Shown here: piece after piece, positions 49,406 through 62,000 of the stretch
How the letters are laid out: every line of letters begins with the position of its first letter
Position numbering within the stretch: position 1 is the stretch's first letter
From: Anolis carolinensis
Taxonomy: Eukaryota
Assembly: GCF_035594765.1 (NCBI RefSeq)
Contig: NC_085842.1
Span: forward strand, 91,054,782-91,118,781
Length of the DNA: 64,000 nt
Direction of reading: 5' to 3'
Position numbers and translations under genes: made by a program
Notes under the pieces: generated by a model
The model's database searches: none
Seen by the model: only the letters and a program-made list of their open reading frames with translations
What the model was told of the DNA's origin: nothing

Positions 49406-49600
49406 TTGTGCCATCAAGCCCAACAATGGCTTCCTCCACTAGTCTCCCTTCTAACTGTAGCAGTTCCTCTGGGATCTTCTCCTTCTCACCAGCCAACATG
49501 GTTTCAGCAGTGAAACAGAAGAGTGCATTTGCCCCTGTCGTTAGACCGCAGACTTCTCCTCCCCCCACCTGTACCAGCACCAATGGGAATAGCCTCCAAG
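49406..49600 (+). CDS. EBF1: EBF1 exon (195 nt): [65 protein letters not shown]
   Basis: ctctag| acceptor and |gtaggc donor, phase 1-1; conserved [14 protein letters not shown] motif. Confidence 0.96.
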
Positions 49601-50015
49601 GTAGGCCAATCCTGGCATGTTATTATTTTACAGCACCTTTTTTTTCACCTTGACAAAACAGTAACAGACCTGCAATCTGGTGTAAGGCCTATAATTCCTG
49701 GCCCAAATCCTATTTCTAATCCCAGTGAGAGTAGACTCACAAAATCTGAATGGAACAATTTCATTAGTTCCATCAATTTTAATGGGTCTACTCTAGTTGA
49801 GATTAACAGTAGGATTCAGATCTCCTTAAGTTGCTGATACTTTTTTCTTTGCTTTGCTTTGCAAAACAGATTGCTGATTTTGCTCTGTTGAACTCCTGAG
49901 ATGTGTCTTAAAAGCATGGTCTGAGTTTTTGCTTAAAATGAGTAATTATTGCAGCTTACTAACACCAGCCTTTCTCTTTTTTCCTTTCTTATTCCCTGTT
50001 GTTGTCTTTTATCAG

Positions 50016-50083
50016 ACCAGTCTTTTGTGGACTCTAGCAAGTTCTCCACTTCAGGGTCTCTCCAGGGTCTGGCCTTCTCCTGA
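50016..50083 (+). CDS. EBF1: Putative alternative EBF1 exon encoding the C-terminus DQSFVDSSKFSTSGSLQGLAFS*
   Basis: TACTAAC branch point at 49957-49963, long pyrimidine tract, atcag| acceptor, in frame with the phase-1 donor at 49600; TGA at 50081-50083, then a|gtacgt donor-like site. Confidence 0.8.
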
Positions 50084-51339
50084 AGTACGTTAGTTGATCT
50101 TCCCTTCCTTTTTTTAGTTTGTTTTTCCTTTGTCATGTCCACATGTGCAAAATCATCACTAATAGCAGCAACATTTGTGTGGGTTCAGCACAGACTGGTT
50201 TGCATATGATGGGCTATCATTCAATATAGATGGCACATTGTGCATTTATTTAAAGTTCTCCCTGTTTTTACCTTATGTGACATTAATGCCTTAAGAATAA
50301 TACACTGCATGTAAACTAATTTATTATGCAAAGTGTGCCCTCTTCAATTGTTGGCGAACTTCACTTCTGCATCATCCCATAGATTTTCACTGATGTCTTT
50401 CCTTTTCTCTACTGTGTTAGTTCACATTTAGAGCGATTGCATGAATATAATTTTTTAGTTTATATGTGTGTCTATGTACCAGCCTTCAGCATTCAGTGAA
50501 TTCAAGGGAGCCCATGCCAGGAGTCCTCAAAGGGTCACATCTCAAAGGGTCATACTGTTATTTCATTCCACTTTTCCAGTCTCATTGGGGCAACCCTTAA
50601 GTCAGGAGAGCATCGTGGTGTCCCAGTATTCCTAGATGGTAAACTTTTCTCCAAAAGGGAGCAGTGAGACAAAGATCTGAACCATAATAGCACATTGCTC
50701 GTTAACTCCTTATAGCAGAAAAGGATTTATCCCAGGTAACTGGAAGAATTCATCTTCTGTAATATAGTTGAATTGTTATTCTCTATGCTATACTTTAGCA
50801 AGAACTATCTTGGAAAATGAAAAAGTTAGGATCTATACTAGGCCTGTGCATTTGATGAAAAAAAAATGTTTCAATACTCATTACAAAATTAGGAGACGCC
50901 GGTGAGTTGTTTCTGAAGTGTTTCTACAATATCATACGTGTCCATTTTGTTACTATAACAAGAGTAACAAATTAGTTTTTACTATTTCGTTAAGTAATTG
51001 CACAGAGGGAACTTCCGGGGCTCCTTTGCACTCATTATTAGAGCTATTGGTGTGAAACTTGCTACAATGGTAGAACATATTTACCACTGTTAGCCACCAA
51101 GTTTCGGAACATTTCACTCATCTATTGATTTTTGGGGATTTTAAAAGGTTTTTTTTTTACAAACACTTTTTTAAAACAAAGTACAAGAGCTATGTTCTTG
51201 AATTTCTCTACAATTATATAACATAACCAGGGCATCATTCCACCCAAGTCGGTTGTGGTAACTAATGCTGTCTCAAACAACTTTTTGTGTGAGTTGTGGC
51301 AACCAACACACACAAAATAGGCTGGCAGTAGCCCTAGGA

Positions 51340-51474
51340 CAGTGGTTCTCAACCAGAGGGTCCCCAGATGTTTTGGCCTACAACTCCCAGAAATTCCAGC
51401 CAGTTTACCAGCTGCTTGGATTTCTGGGAGTTTAAGGCCAAAACATCTGGGGACCCACAGGTTGAGAACCACTG
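51340..51474. mobile_element. 135-bp palindromic hAT (Charlie-type) MITE
   Basis: CAGTGGTTCTCAACC...GGTTGAGAACCACTG TIRs and an internal palindrome. Confidence 0.88.
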
Positions 51475-51569
51475 CACTAAAAGACAGTGATACCCAGTGA
51501 TACAAGTGTTTTGTTTGCTTGCTTGGTGCTGTAGCAGGAGGTGCATGATGTAATGGATAGCAGTTAAAT

Positions 51570-52555
51570 GCCGCAGGGCTCCGTCCTGGGCCCGGTTCTG
51601 TTCAACATCTTTATTAACGACTTAGACGAAGGGTTAGAAGGCACGATCATCAAGTTTGCAGATGACACCAAACTCGGAGGGATAGCTAACACTCCAGAAG
51701 ACAGGAGCAGAATTCAAAACGATCTTGACAGACTAGAGAGATGGGCCGAAACTAACAAAATGAAGTTCAACAGGGACAAATGCAAGATACTTCACTTCGG
51801 CAGAAAAAATGGAAATCAAAGATACAGAATGGGGGACGCCTGGCTTGACAGCAGTGTGTGCGAAAAAGATCTTGGAGTCCTCGTGGACAACAAGTTAAAC
51901 ATGAGCCTACAATGTGATGCGGCAGCTAAAAAAGCCAATGGGATTTTGGCCTGCATCAATAGGGGAATAACGTCTAGATCCAGGGAAGTCATGCTCCCCC
52001 TCTATTCTGCCTTGGTCAGACCACACCTGGAATACTGTGTCCAGTTTTGGGCACCGCAGATGAAGGGAGATGCTGACAAGCTGGAAAGCGTCCAGAGGAG
52101 GGCAACTAAAATGATTAAGGGTCTGGAGAACAAGCCCTATGAGGAGAGGCTTAAAGAGCTGGGCATGTTTAGCCTGCAGAAGAGAAGGCTGAGAGGAGAC
52201 ATGATAGCCATGTACAAATATGTGAGGGGAAGTCATAGGGAGGAGGGAGCAAGCTTATTTTCTGCTGCCCTGCAGACTAGGACACGGAACAATGGCTTCA
52301 AACTACAGGAAAGGAGATTCCACCTGAACATCAGGAAGAACTTCCTCACTGTGAGGGCTGTTCGGCAGTGGAACTCTCTCCCCCGGGCCGTGGTGGAGGC
52401 TCCTTCTTTGGAGGCTTTTAAGCAGAGGCTGGATGGCCATCTGTCGGGGGTGCTTTGAATGCGATTTCCTGCTTCTTAGCGGGGGGTTGGACTAGATGGC
52501 CCTTGAGGTCTCTTCCAACTCTACTATTCTATGATTCTATGATTCTATGATTCTA
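51570..52555 (+). mobile_element. 5'-truncated young CR1 LINE (open ORF2 C-terminal part, ~296 aa)
   Basis: [24 protein letters not shown] and RRLRGDMI motifs; (ATTCTATG)n tail; possible TSD TAAAT. Confidence 0.95.
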
Positions 52556-54692
52556 TAAATATGTAGAGTCCATATAGAAAAAAATCATTAAACCAAATGC
52601 TAAAAATCAGAGAGTGGGTTAACCTTACCGAAGGAGCTACCTTAACCCTGTGGAATTTTTTACTTCTAAGAAAATGAACAGCAAGTCCTTCCCTTTGTTA
52701 TGCCACACTTAGGCTTTGAACACTCTCCACTTTTTCTTTTTTAAAAAGTGTTAGAAAAGATTACCATTTGCAAATGTATAGTTGAAATGGAGATTGGCAC
52801 TCACAAATGGGTTTTTCTATTTGATTTTTTAAAACCTTTTGTCCAGTTCTAGGAAAATTTCCCAGGAAGCTTATGTGTATAACAAATGTACCCAGATCAG
52901 TTCTAGGTCAGTTGCAGTGTGTTAGGTTTGCTTGCGATGTTATTGTCTAAAGCAGGTGACATTTAGACTATCTTGGTAAATATCTTGGCAAATATCTGTT
53001 TTGTTCCAGAGCATCTTGGCATTGTCATGCCATATCATTTCTCAGCTCAAAATCTTATTTTGAACCCACCTTCAACTTTCCTGCTTTGTTCCTGAGATGT
53101 TCACTTAACTCACACTGACACTTTATCAGCATACTATATAAACCTTCTGAGAGACTCAAATTTCTGTGTACAAATCTTCCCAGCATATATATTGCAGTGC
53201 TGAACAGAAATTAAAAAGGAGGATGTATGCATATTCTCAACTCATTTTTCATATATACACTGAAACATTCAGTCAACTGCTAGACCATATATATCATAAG
53301 ATCAAAATTCCCTGTTTCACTGTTTAGTTTGTTCTGTTGTGCGGCTGCCCTACTGTGCTTTACTCTCCCTCATAATTACTGCATCACACACTAAAGCACT
53401 GAGAGGAGTGTACATTTTCATGCTTACTTACACAAGAAGGGTTCTCATTATCACCAGCTGCCTTAATCTGTGCTGGAGGAAGAAAGGGTTACTGAGGCAT
53501 GCTGTAGTTCATCCTCCTAGAGCTGAGGTTTTATATCTTTCCTTTCTTCCGGCTATCTACTAAAATAGCATATGACAAACAGCAAATACTCCTTTCTCTC
53601 ATATTAAGCCTTTTCTTCTAAGAGTTCTTTAAGAACTGCAAAATGTATACAATGTATTAGAGATTATCTGAGTTAGGCCATGAGTTTCCAAAAGTGAGAA
53701 GACCGCTTGTATTTATAGAGGAAATAACACCCTCAGTATTCAATGGTACACCAGAATGGGTGACATTAAAAAAGCATTTTCATGCCTAAAGATAAATGCT
53801 ACATCAAGTATCCTTATACTCTGAATAATTTGATTGACTGTATCAGAAGATGGAAAACTGACAGCATAAATCTTTAGAGTAAAACAAGATGTTTTGTTTT
53901 TTACTTTAATGTGTGTGGTCTACAAGAAAACTGATCTGTGCAAGATACCCCTGTAATAAATAATGTTTGTATAGAAGCTGTGGTGAGGAAATTGCATGTA
54001 AAGAAAATAAAAATGCATTAATTGAACATTTTCCTTTTAATTTTGGGTTTAGATTTTTAGTCTCATATGGGCAGATTAAAAAAATTGTACCGAGTGATGC
54101 AGAAGATTTGTTCTGATCCCTTGGGATTACCATTGTATTTCTCAATATAAACATACCCCATGTTCAAAGGAATATTTGTAGGTACAACCCAAGGGATTGC
54201 ACAGTGTCCAGATGCCAAGAGCCAGAAATCTCATGTTCACATGAGGTGAAATGTAGCTCTGAGCCCTCGGAAGCTGAAAAAAAAGTAACCAACACAATTT
54301 CTTGGTTTTAAAAATAATACTTCTGTTATTTTACATTCAGAATAGTAAACTTTTCTTTTCAAACCTTCAAATTATGGGAGGCCTAAAGAAAATAACTTTT
54401 GCTAATGTATTTTGTTGGAAGACCTAATGTTAATGTTATCATGGAATAATTTTCTATGATTGTAACAAAATACTATCTGTTAAGAGAAGTGTCTTCCAGT
54501 AAATAGCCATTCTTTGTGTCAGTAAACCTACAGATCATGCCACTTCAGTGTTGCTGTGCACATTTTACACATGTGAGGTTTTCATAGCCCTTGTTCAGCT
54601 GAAGAGATGTGTGTATATGGAAGGGATAAATCACACATTTCATTGAGCAATACCACCCTGTGCTAGGGCTTTGGTTACCAGACCTTCTAGTA

Positions 54693-55396
54693 CAATGATT
54701 CCCAAAGTGGGCGCTTCCGCCCTCTGATGGACACTGCAGCGATCCAGGGGGGTGGTGATGGCACCTATTAGGATGCGTGGGCGGAGCCAGGGGAGGGGTG
54801 TGGCTTCTTCCCGAGAACCCGAGACAGGGCTGAGAATCTATATGTCTCCTGAGGCACTTGTTGGGACACAGGGCTGAGCTAGGGAAGGGGGCGGGGCCTC
54901 CTTCCAAGAGCCCAAGACAGGGCTGAGCCTCTATACCTCTCCTGAGAGGCCTTTTAGGACTAAAGGGCGGGGCTGGGGTGGGGGCAGGGCCTCTTCCCAA
55001 GAGCGTGAGACAGGGCTGAGCCTCTGCATACCTCCCCTGAGGTGCTTGTTAGAACATGGGGGCAGGCTATAGAAGTTCAGCCCCATCAGGCACTTGGGAA
55101 GAGGCCCTGCCCCCTCCTCTAGCCCCACCCCCTGTGTCCTGGCAGGCGCTGCGGGACAGGGATAGAGCTCAGCCTTGCCTCAGAGCTCATAACTCCGCCT
55201 ATCCCAGTCCTGGCCGCCCATTTGTGACCCCGGCCACCTCCCCCTCCCAGCCCTGCATCTTGGACTAGGGGGGAGGCTCAGCCCCGCCCCCTTGAACAGT
55301 AGCCACACCCACCCCTATAAGCCATGGGAAGGGGGGCACTGAGTAATATTTTTTCTGGAAAGGGGGCGGTAGGCCAAATAAGTTTGGGAACCACTA
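54693..55396. mobile_element. Non-autonomous hAT element with GC-rich internal repeats
   Basis: CAATGATTCCCAAA / TTTGGGAACCACTA TIRs; 8-bp TSD TTCTAGTA (54685-54692 / 55397-55404). Confidence 0.88.
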
Positions 55397-55644
55397 TTCT
55401 AGTAGTTCTAAACTGGTTAAAAACTCCTTCACAGTATATTACATGGCATGGGTAAGCTCATGGTGTATTGTGGTATTGGCCTAGGTAGATGTCTCCCATC
55501 AGATAATATATTTTAAATTATAGTATCATCACATTTAAGCTTACTTGACCTATATTGTCAAAGTGGGCATTTATATTAACTAAGTGTTCATCAATGTTTA
55601 GATCCATCTCTGGTGTTTACAACTTTCCAAGCTACTCAACAAAC

Positions 55645-55840
55645 CTCATCACACTAGAGCATGAATCCACCTTAAAACCAGTTTCTGCCTCCTGCAGAAT
55701 ATTGGGGCATGTCATTTTTATAGAGGGGCCTTTAAACTGCACAGCCAGAGAGGTCCTGGGCCTCACTAAACTACAAACCCCAGAATTCTGCAGGAGGCAG
55801 AAACGGGATTTAAAGTGGATCCATGCTCTAGTATGATGAT
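55645..55840. mobile_element. Palindromic MITE
   Basis: catcacactagagcatgaatccac ... gtggatccatgctctagtatgatg long inverted arms. Confidence 0.78.
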
Positions 55841-58662
55841 GTTGAGTTCACATATTCTGAAAAACAACCAATTTAACAGTGACCCTATGTATCACTTACT
55901 TCATTATTGTTATGAAGTGCATTGTAAATCTACAATCTTCAAGCTCACTGTTACGTTTAAGTGACAACATCCTGAGACTTGATATATTGCAAATTCTCCT
56001 AGAACTTAAGTTGTCATGATGCTGCTGTTCCAGGAGTAGTAGACCACTGTTTGTCTTCAGTTCAGTGATGACAAGTGCCTTCCATGCTCTGATGTCATAA
56101 AGCACCAACCTAGTATTTATTTCTTAATGGTTTGTTTTATTTATTTCCCCTATTATATCCTTATGGACCCAAAGGAGTCTGTATGACTGCAAAAGTAGCA
56201 CTAAGAAACTGATATGTCTAGAGATTTACCAGATAAGAGTTAAAATGGAAAGCATTTTGGGCTGAATTAAAAAACATACTGCCAAAAAATAATCCCAGGG
56301 GTTAAAAATGCCTAATAATGCAAGTAAATAAAGAAGAAATATCTCTATCAGAACACATCAGTGAAAAACATCGATGAACAAAGATGCAACATTTGATTCA
56401 ACAAATGGTCAACAAAACTGGGTACTTCATCATATGTGTCTTTGTAAGCGTCATAGGATGCTTGTGCAACAGTTGATTCACTGAGTCCCACGCCACCCAT
56501 CACACAATGCATATTCACTTCTGGGGGGGGGGCGCTTCACTGATCAACTGGGAAGCAAGTGTCCTATGATGCTATACCTAGAACACGGGAGGCCTCCATG
56601 TTCCAGGGGGAAGCCGTGTGGACCTGCTGATTCACCACAGAGGCTAGCAAATTGCCCCATGAAAACTCATCAATATGATGAGGTTGAAAGCAGGCATGTG
56701 TGCCCTGGTTAGCCATTCTTGGTTGGGGCATCCAGCTTACAGCATGGTTCACTTCCTAAAGTAAGAGATAGGGCAACTGAGTCTCATCTGTTGAACTCTT
56801 TGTGCCTTTTGGTGTATGGGATGGAAAGAATGAAAAGGCAATGGGAGGAGCAGGTAAGAAGAGCTGCAGCTGCATTTTCCCCATAATGGTCAAGACTAGG
56901 CAGCAGGTTTTTAAATATTTTAGGGTCTCAAGGAGAGGAGAAATAGCTTACTCAACAAGGCATTATATTGTTAAACAAAATTTCAATCCAATGCATAGCA
57001 GTGATGCAAGCCAGTCACAACTGATTGTGATTTAAATAGGAAATATATACTATAAAATTGTGGTTATGATTCTCGTGTGTAATATAAAAGTGATTCAGGT
57101 ATCCTTTGCAAAAACGGTATCTATTTTGGGAATAAGTACCTCAAGTGTGAAGTGCCAGCAGGCAGACCTCCACTTCTTGAAAATAGAGGGACGGCTGTCA
57201 CATATCCTTAGTAAAGATTGCTCATTAATCACTACACATGTCACATCCCAAACTGACATCAGCCTTCATCATAATTTTGTTAGCATCTCCATCTTCTAAT
57301 ATAAGAGTACAACTAAGATAGACAGGTCCTTTTGATCCCCTGAGGTGAGGCTAAAAGTGCCCAGTGTATGCAGTGTATGCAGTAAAGTTTGTTATTACTT
57401 AACACCATGGGAAAGGAGAGTCTGGGGTTCTCTCTTTGTGGCCTCTGAATACTTCAGAGATCCACAAAATTTTGCTTCTGCTATTTAGAAGCCAGCAAAG
57501 TCTTCACTAAATAGCAGGCATATTGTACAGTTGTTTTCAACAACGAATTTACTTTCATTCCACATCCACTCAACCCAGTAATACAACATCTTCACACAGG
57601 ACACAATAACAAAAATCCACAATAGTGATAATAATCATAGAAATAATTCCATATATATCTTCTGTCAGGTTTAGAGGGATCTGGTGATTTTCCTTTTTAG
57701 AAGCATTTCACATTGAACCTAGAAAAAGCCTGGGTGGTCTTGTTACATGAGGCACTTAAAGCACAAAAGTAGCATGATAAGACCCTGGCAGAATGGAAAT
57801 ATGAAACCTTTTAAGCAGGAAGAAATTCAGAATGTCATTCTGCCTTTTGACTTGTAATTTAATTCAGAAGTATTAGGCTTCTTCAGTAATAATAATGATA
57901 GCTGTTCTTTGAAAAACCTATTTGTGTACTGTATTTTATGATATTTCTCTTCCATTGGCACTGTCTCTTGCATTTTATCTACTGGAAATGCTAAACTTTC
58001 CTAAAAGGATGAATCATCTTTGCTTAGAAAATTATAGTACAGTTACCACAAATGCCCAGTACAGGAAATTTACAACAATGCTTTATTGTCTACTGGTTGC
58101 TTCTATATGCCTATCATCTTAGTGGTGATGGATTTGAATGAAGAATCTTCAGCAGGAAGGGCGTAGTAGACCTAAAGATTACAATGGTTCCATCTTTTCT
58201 CTATAAGTCAGTCCAGTTCTAAAAATATTCCGCAACTTGCATCCCATTTTTTAAAAAATTAAGTATTTTTGTGCAGTTTACTTATTGTATACAATGTTCC
58301 CTTAATACCTGAAGCATTTATTTCAATTATACATGTTTATCCGTCTGTAGAATAAAGTATATACATTGATGCTGCACACTTTATTTTTGGAAATGTACAA
58401 GCCAAAGCAAAGTGCAAATTTTCTTTCTGTCCCTTGTTGAAATGGACAGAAAATCATAGTATAATGCTTGTTTTTGTCAGTTTGGCACACTACAGGCCTC
58501 CACATTTGCTGGGGTTGTGAGTCCTGGATCCCCTGTAAAAGTGGGAAAACTGCTAATAAAAAGCTATTTTTTTAAACCTGCGAGAACTTCTATCACAAAC
58601 TAACCATAGAATCACACTGGAAATCTACAAATCATTAAATCCACAAAGGTTGAAGCCTTAAA

Positions 58663-59370
58663 TGTGGATTACTGCAATGTGCTTTACATGGGGCTGCCTT
58701 TGAAGACAGCCCGGAAGCTCCAATTAGTACAACGGGCGGCAGCCAGATTGATAACTGGGGCAACATACAGGGAGCATACTACTCCACTGTTATGCCAGCT
58801 GCACTGGCTACCGATATGCTACCGAGCCCAATTCAAAGTGCTGGTTTTGACCTACAAAGCCCTAAACTGTTCTGGTCCAACTTACCTGTCCGAACGTATC
58901 TCCTCCTATGAACAATCAAGAACGCTAAGATTGTCGGGAGAGGCCCTGCTCTCGGTCCCACCAGCCTCTTAGGCGCGGCTGGTGGGAACGAGGAACAGGG
59001 CCTTCTCAGTGGTGGCTCCTTGGCTGTGGAACACCCTCATCAGTAACATCCGGCAGGCCCTGACCCTTCTGGGCTTCAGGAAGAATATAAAGACATGGCT
59101 TTGTGCACAAGCATTTCATGAGTAAGCAAATATTGACACGGTCTGAATTAAGGTCTATGTACAAGGTTCTTGGAAGAATGGAATTAAGTAATTTATATGT
59201 TTTAATGCTTTTTAATGTTTGTATAATGTATTTTTACTGATTACTGTTAATGGTTTAAATGTGTGGTTAATTTTATTGATTGTTTGGCATTGAATCTTGC
59301 CAGGTGTTGTAAGCCGCCTTGAGTCCTCTGGGGTGAGAAAGGTGGGGTAAAAATGTTGTAAATAAATAAA
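58663..59370 (+). mobile_element. L2 3' fragment next to a Tigger-like remnant (~58491-58660)
   Basis: DYCNVLYMGLPL...LHWLPI translation with an internal stop; tail tgtaagccgccttgagtcc...aataaataaa. Confidence 0.85.
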
Positions 59371-59559
59371 GCCAAGTGTATAACATTTTAATGTCTCCTT
59401 ATATAACAAGTCACAATATTGCCTGGGTTCTCTATGCCAAGGAGAAGATTGACATTTCCCAATTTGGCCCCTTTAGATGTTTGCAGCTACAATTGTCAGC
59501 ATCCCAGATAATTGGCATCCTGAGTGGGACTGACAGATGTAGTTTACATGTTTTATGTG

Positions 59560-59680
59560 GTTATGCTTTTCAATGTATACATATTTTATGGTGTTGTATT
59601 TTAATTTTTGTTCCACTGGGCTGGGTCCCCATGTAAGCTGCACCGAGTCCCTTTGGGGAAATGGGGCGGGATATAAGAAT

Positions 59681-59715
<35 letters not shown>

Positions 59716-59745
59716 TGTTGTTGTTGTTGTTGTTATTATTATTAT
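59560..59745 (+). mobile_element. L2 3' tail with compound (GTA)n(GTT)n(ATT)n microsatellite
   Basis: ccccatgtaagctgcaccgagtccc tail motif. Confidence 0.75.
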
Positions 59746-60225
59746 TCAAACTACCGATAGTCTCAGAGAGGGCAAAATGAATATTTCCTATTTGGATTAC
59801 TCATACATGTTCTACCATACATTTCAAGACAGTTCAGAAATTTGAGTTGGTACAAAGAATAGCTAAATTGTTAAATGTGGCTGGTTATAGAGACCATATA
59901 ATTCCTGCTACAACAGCTACAATGGCTATTAATCTGATTAAACACTATGTGGTTTATGTTCAAGCTATCATAGGCAGGATCTATACTGCCATATAATCCA
60001 GCTCAAATCAGATAATCTGGTTTCAGAAAGTGAATTATATGGCCATGTAGATGGAGCCATAGACATTTCTTCTGTGTCCTGAAATTCTTGGGAGAAGCCT
60101 ATTTCTCAAGATGGATTTATTCTGGCCACATATCCCACCCAATTCAGAGTGGTGAATGCTGGATTGGGCTGGGATGGTTTAGATCCCCACCTGCTGCATG
60201 TATAGGGAGTCCTGAATGTCTAGAG

Positions 60226-60961
60226 CAGGGGTCCCCAAACTAAGGCCCGGGGGCCGGATGCGGCCCTCCGAGGTCATTTACCTGGCCCCCGCCCTCAGTT
60301 TTATAATATAATATATTGTATATACATATAATACATATAATATTGATAATAATATTATGATGTAATTCAATATAACACGAATAATAATACCATATAATAA
60401 TATTAATTATATATTCTATATTACATATAATATTACTAATAATATTACAGTATAGTGGTATAGTTCAATATAGTAATATATAAAGCTAATATTGTGCTAT
60501 GCTAATAATATAATATATTGTATGTACTTGTAAGCCACTCTGAGTCCCCTTTGGGGTGAGAAGGGTGTGATACAAATGTAATAAATAAATGCAGTAAATA
60601 ATAAATAAATAAATAAATAAATAAATTTTAGACTTCGGCTCACCCAAAGTCTGAAATGACTTGAAGGCACACAACAACAACAACAACAACCCTAATTAAC
60701 TTGACTATCTCACTGGCCAGAAGCAGGGCCACACTTCCCATTGAAATCCTGATAAATGTATGTTGGTTAAAATTGTTTTTTTAAAAAATATTGTATTGTT
60801 CTTTTGTTGTTGTTGTTGTTGTTGTTTTTGCACTACAAATAAGACATATGCAGTGTGCATCGGAATTTGTTTGTATTTTTTTTTTCAAATGATAATCCGG
60901 CCCCTCAACAGTCTGAAGGATTGTGGACCGGCCCTCGGCTTAAAAAGTTTGAGGACCCCTG
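60226..60961. mobile_element. Non-autonomous hAT (Charlie/OC1-like) element, copy A
   Basis: CAGGGGTCCCCAAACT / AGTTTGAGGACCCCTG TIRs; TSD GTCTAGAG on both sides. Confidence 0.9.
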
Positions 60962-60969
60962 GTCTAGAG

Positions 60970-61472
60970 CACAGGTCCCCAAACTAAGGCCTGGGGGCCA
61001 CATGCAACCCATCAAAGCCATTTATCTGGCCCCTGAGGTGGCAGCTCCCTCCTCCTCTGCCAAGGAAGGTGTGTGCGGGTTTTCCGTCTCCTTTCCCGTC
61101 TCCTCCCTCGACTGGTGCGTGCCTTCCAAAGCTTTGCTTGTTTATAATGGTATTTTAATTATTATTTAATTAACAATTATTAAAGGGTGCTTTGCTAGTG
61201 CTTTTGGTGCACAAAGGCAGAAGGAAGTTGGACTAAATGGCCCAAGGGGTCTCTTCCAACCCTCTTTATTAGTTTTTTATTATTATGATTATGATTAACA
61301 TTGAGGCTGTATTTATTCTTGTTTTGTTATTTTACTTCAAAATAAGATATGTGCAGTGTGCACTGCATAGGAATTCGTTCATAGTTTTTTTTTTTTAAAC
61401 CTATAGTCCTGCCCTCCAAAGGTCTGAGGGACCATGAACTGGCCGCCTGTTTAAAAAGTTTGGGGACCCCTG
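60970..61472. mobile_element. Non-autonomous hAT (Charlie/OC1-like) element, copy B
   Basis: CACAGGTCCCCAAACT / AGTTTGGGGACCCCTG TIRs; TSD GTCTAGAG on both sides. Confidence 0.9.
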
Positions 61473-61578
61473 GTCTAGAGACACCAAACTTAGCTTGGTG
61501 TCCCTTAAGGCTGCCCCTAAGATCTAGAACTTCCATTGCAAGTGGGTCAGAATGACCCCATCTTCACTGTTCTTCCAT

Positions 61579-62000
61579 TGGGGCCGCTGCTAGCACAGCA
61601 GGTTAAACCACCAACTACAGAAGATCTTGCCAACCAGAAGGTTGGCGGTTCAAGCCACAGGTCGGGGTGAGCTCTCACCATCAGTCTTAGCTTCTGCTTA
61701 CCTAGCAGTTTGAAAACAGCAATGTAAATAAATAATAGCTACCGCTTCAGTGAGGAGGTAAAAGGAAGCCTTGACAACAGGATCCTTGGCATGAAAATGA
61801 AACAACAGCCACCTTCACATGGCTGAGTAGAGAACAGCCTCCAGAAGCTGAAGATGAAAAAAGAGGGAAGCCTTGCCTCTGTTTATGTACTGTCTGTCTT
61901 TGTTGTCAATTGTATAATGATATTGAATGTTTGCCATATATGTACCCTGTAATTCGCCCTGAGTCCCTTTGGGGAGATAGAGAGGAATATAAATAAAGTA
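61579..62000 (+). mobile_element. tRNA-derived SINE with a Sauria-like 5' half and an L2-like tail
   Basis: ggttcaagcc B-box; cctagcagtttgaaaac shared with the Sauria SINEs; 3' end tgtaattcgccctgagtccctttggggagat...aataaa resembles the L2 tails in this window. Confidence 0.7.

Noticed and set aside
54117-54126. Perfect EBF site TCCCTTGGGA (possible autoregulation)
   Set aside because: About one TCCCNNGGGA is expected by chance in 64 kb, and there is no supporting context.
54545-55268. Pro/Gly-rich ORFs of 65-151 aa
   Set aside because: By-products of the GC-rich repeats inside a non-autonomous hAT element; no transposase motifs.
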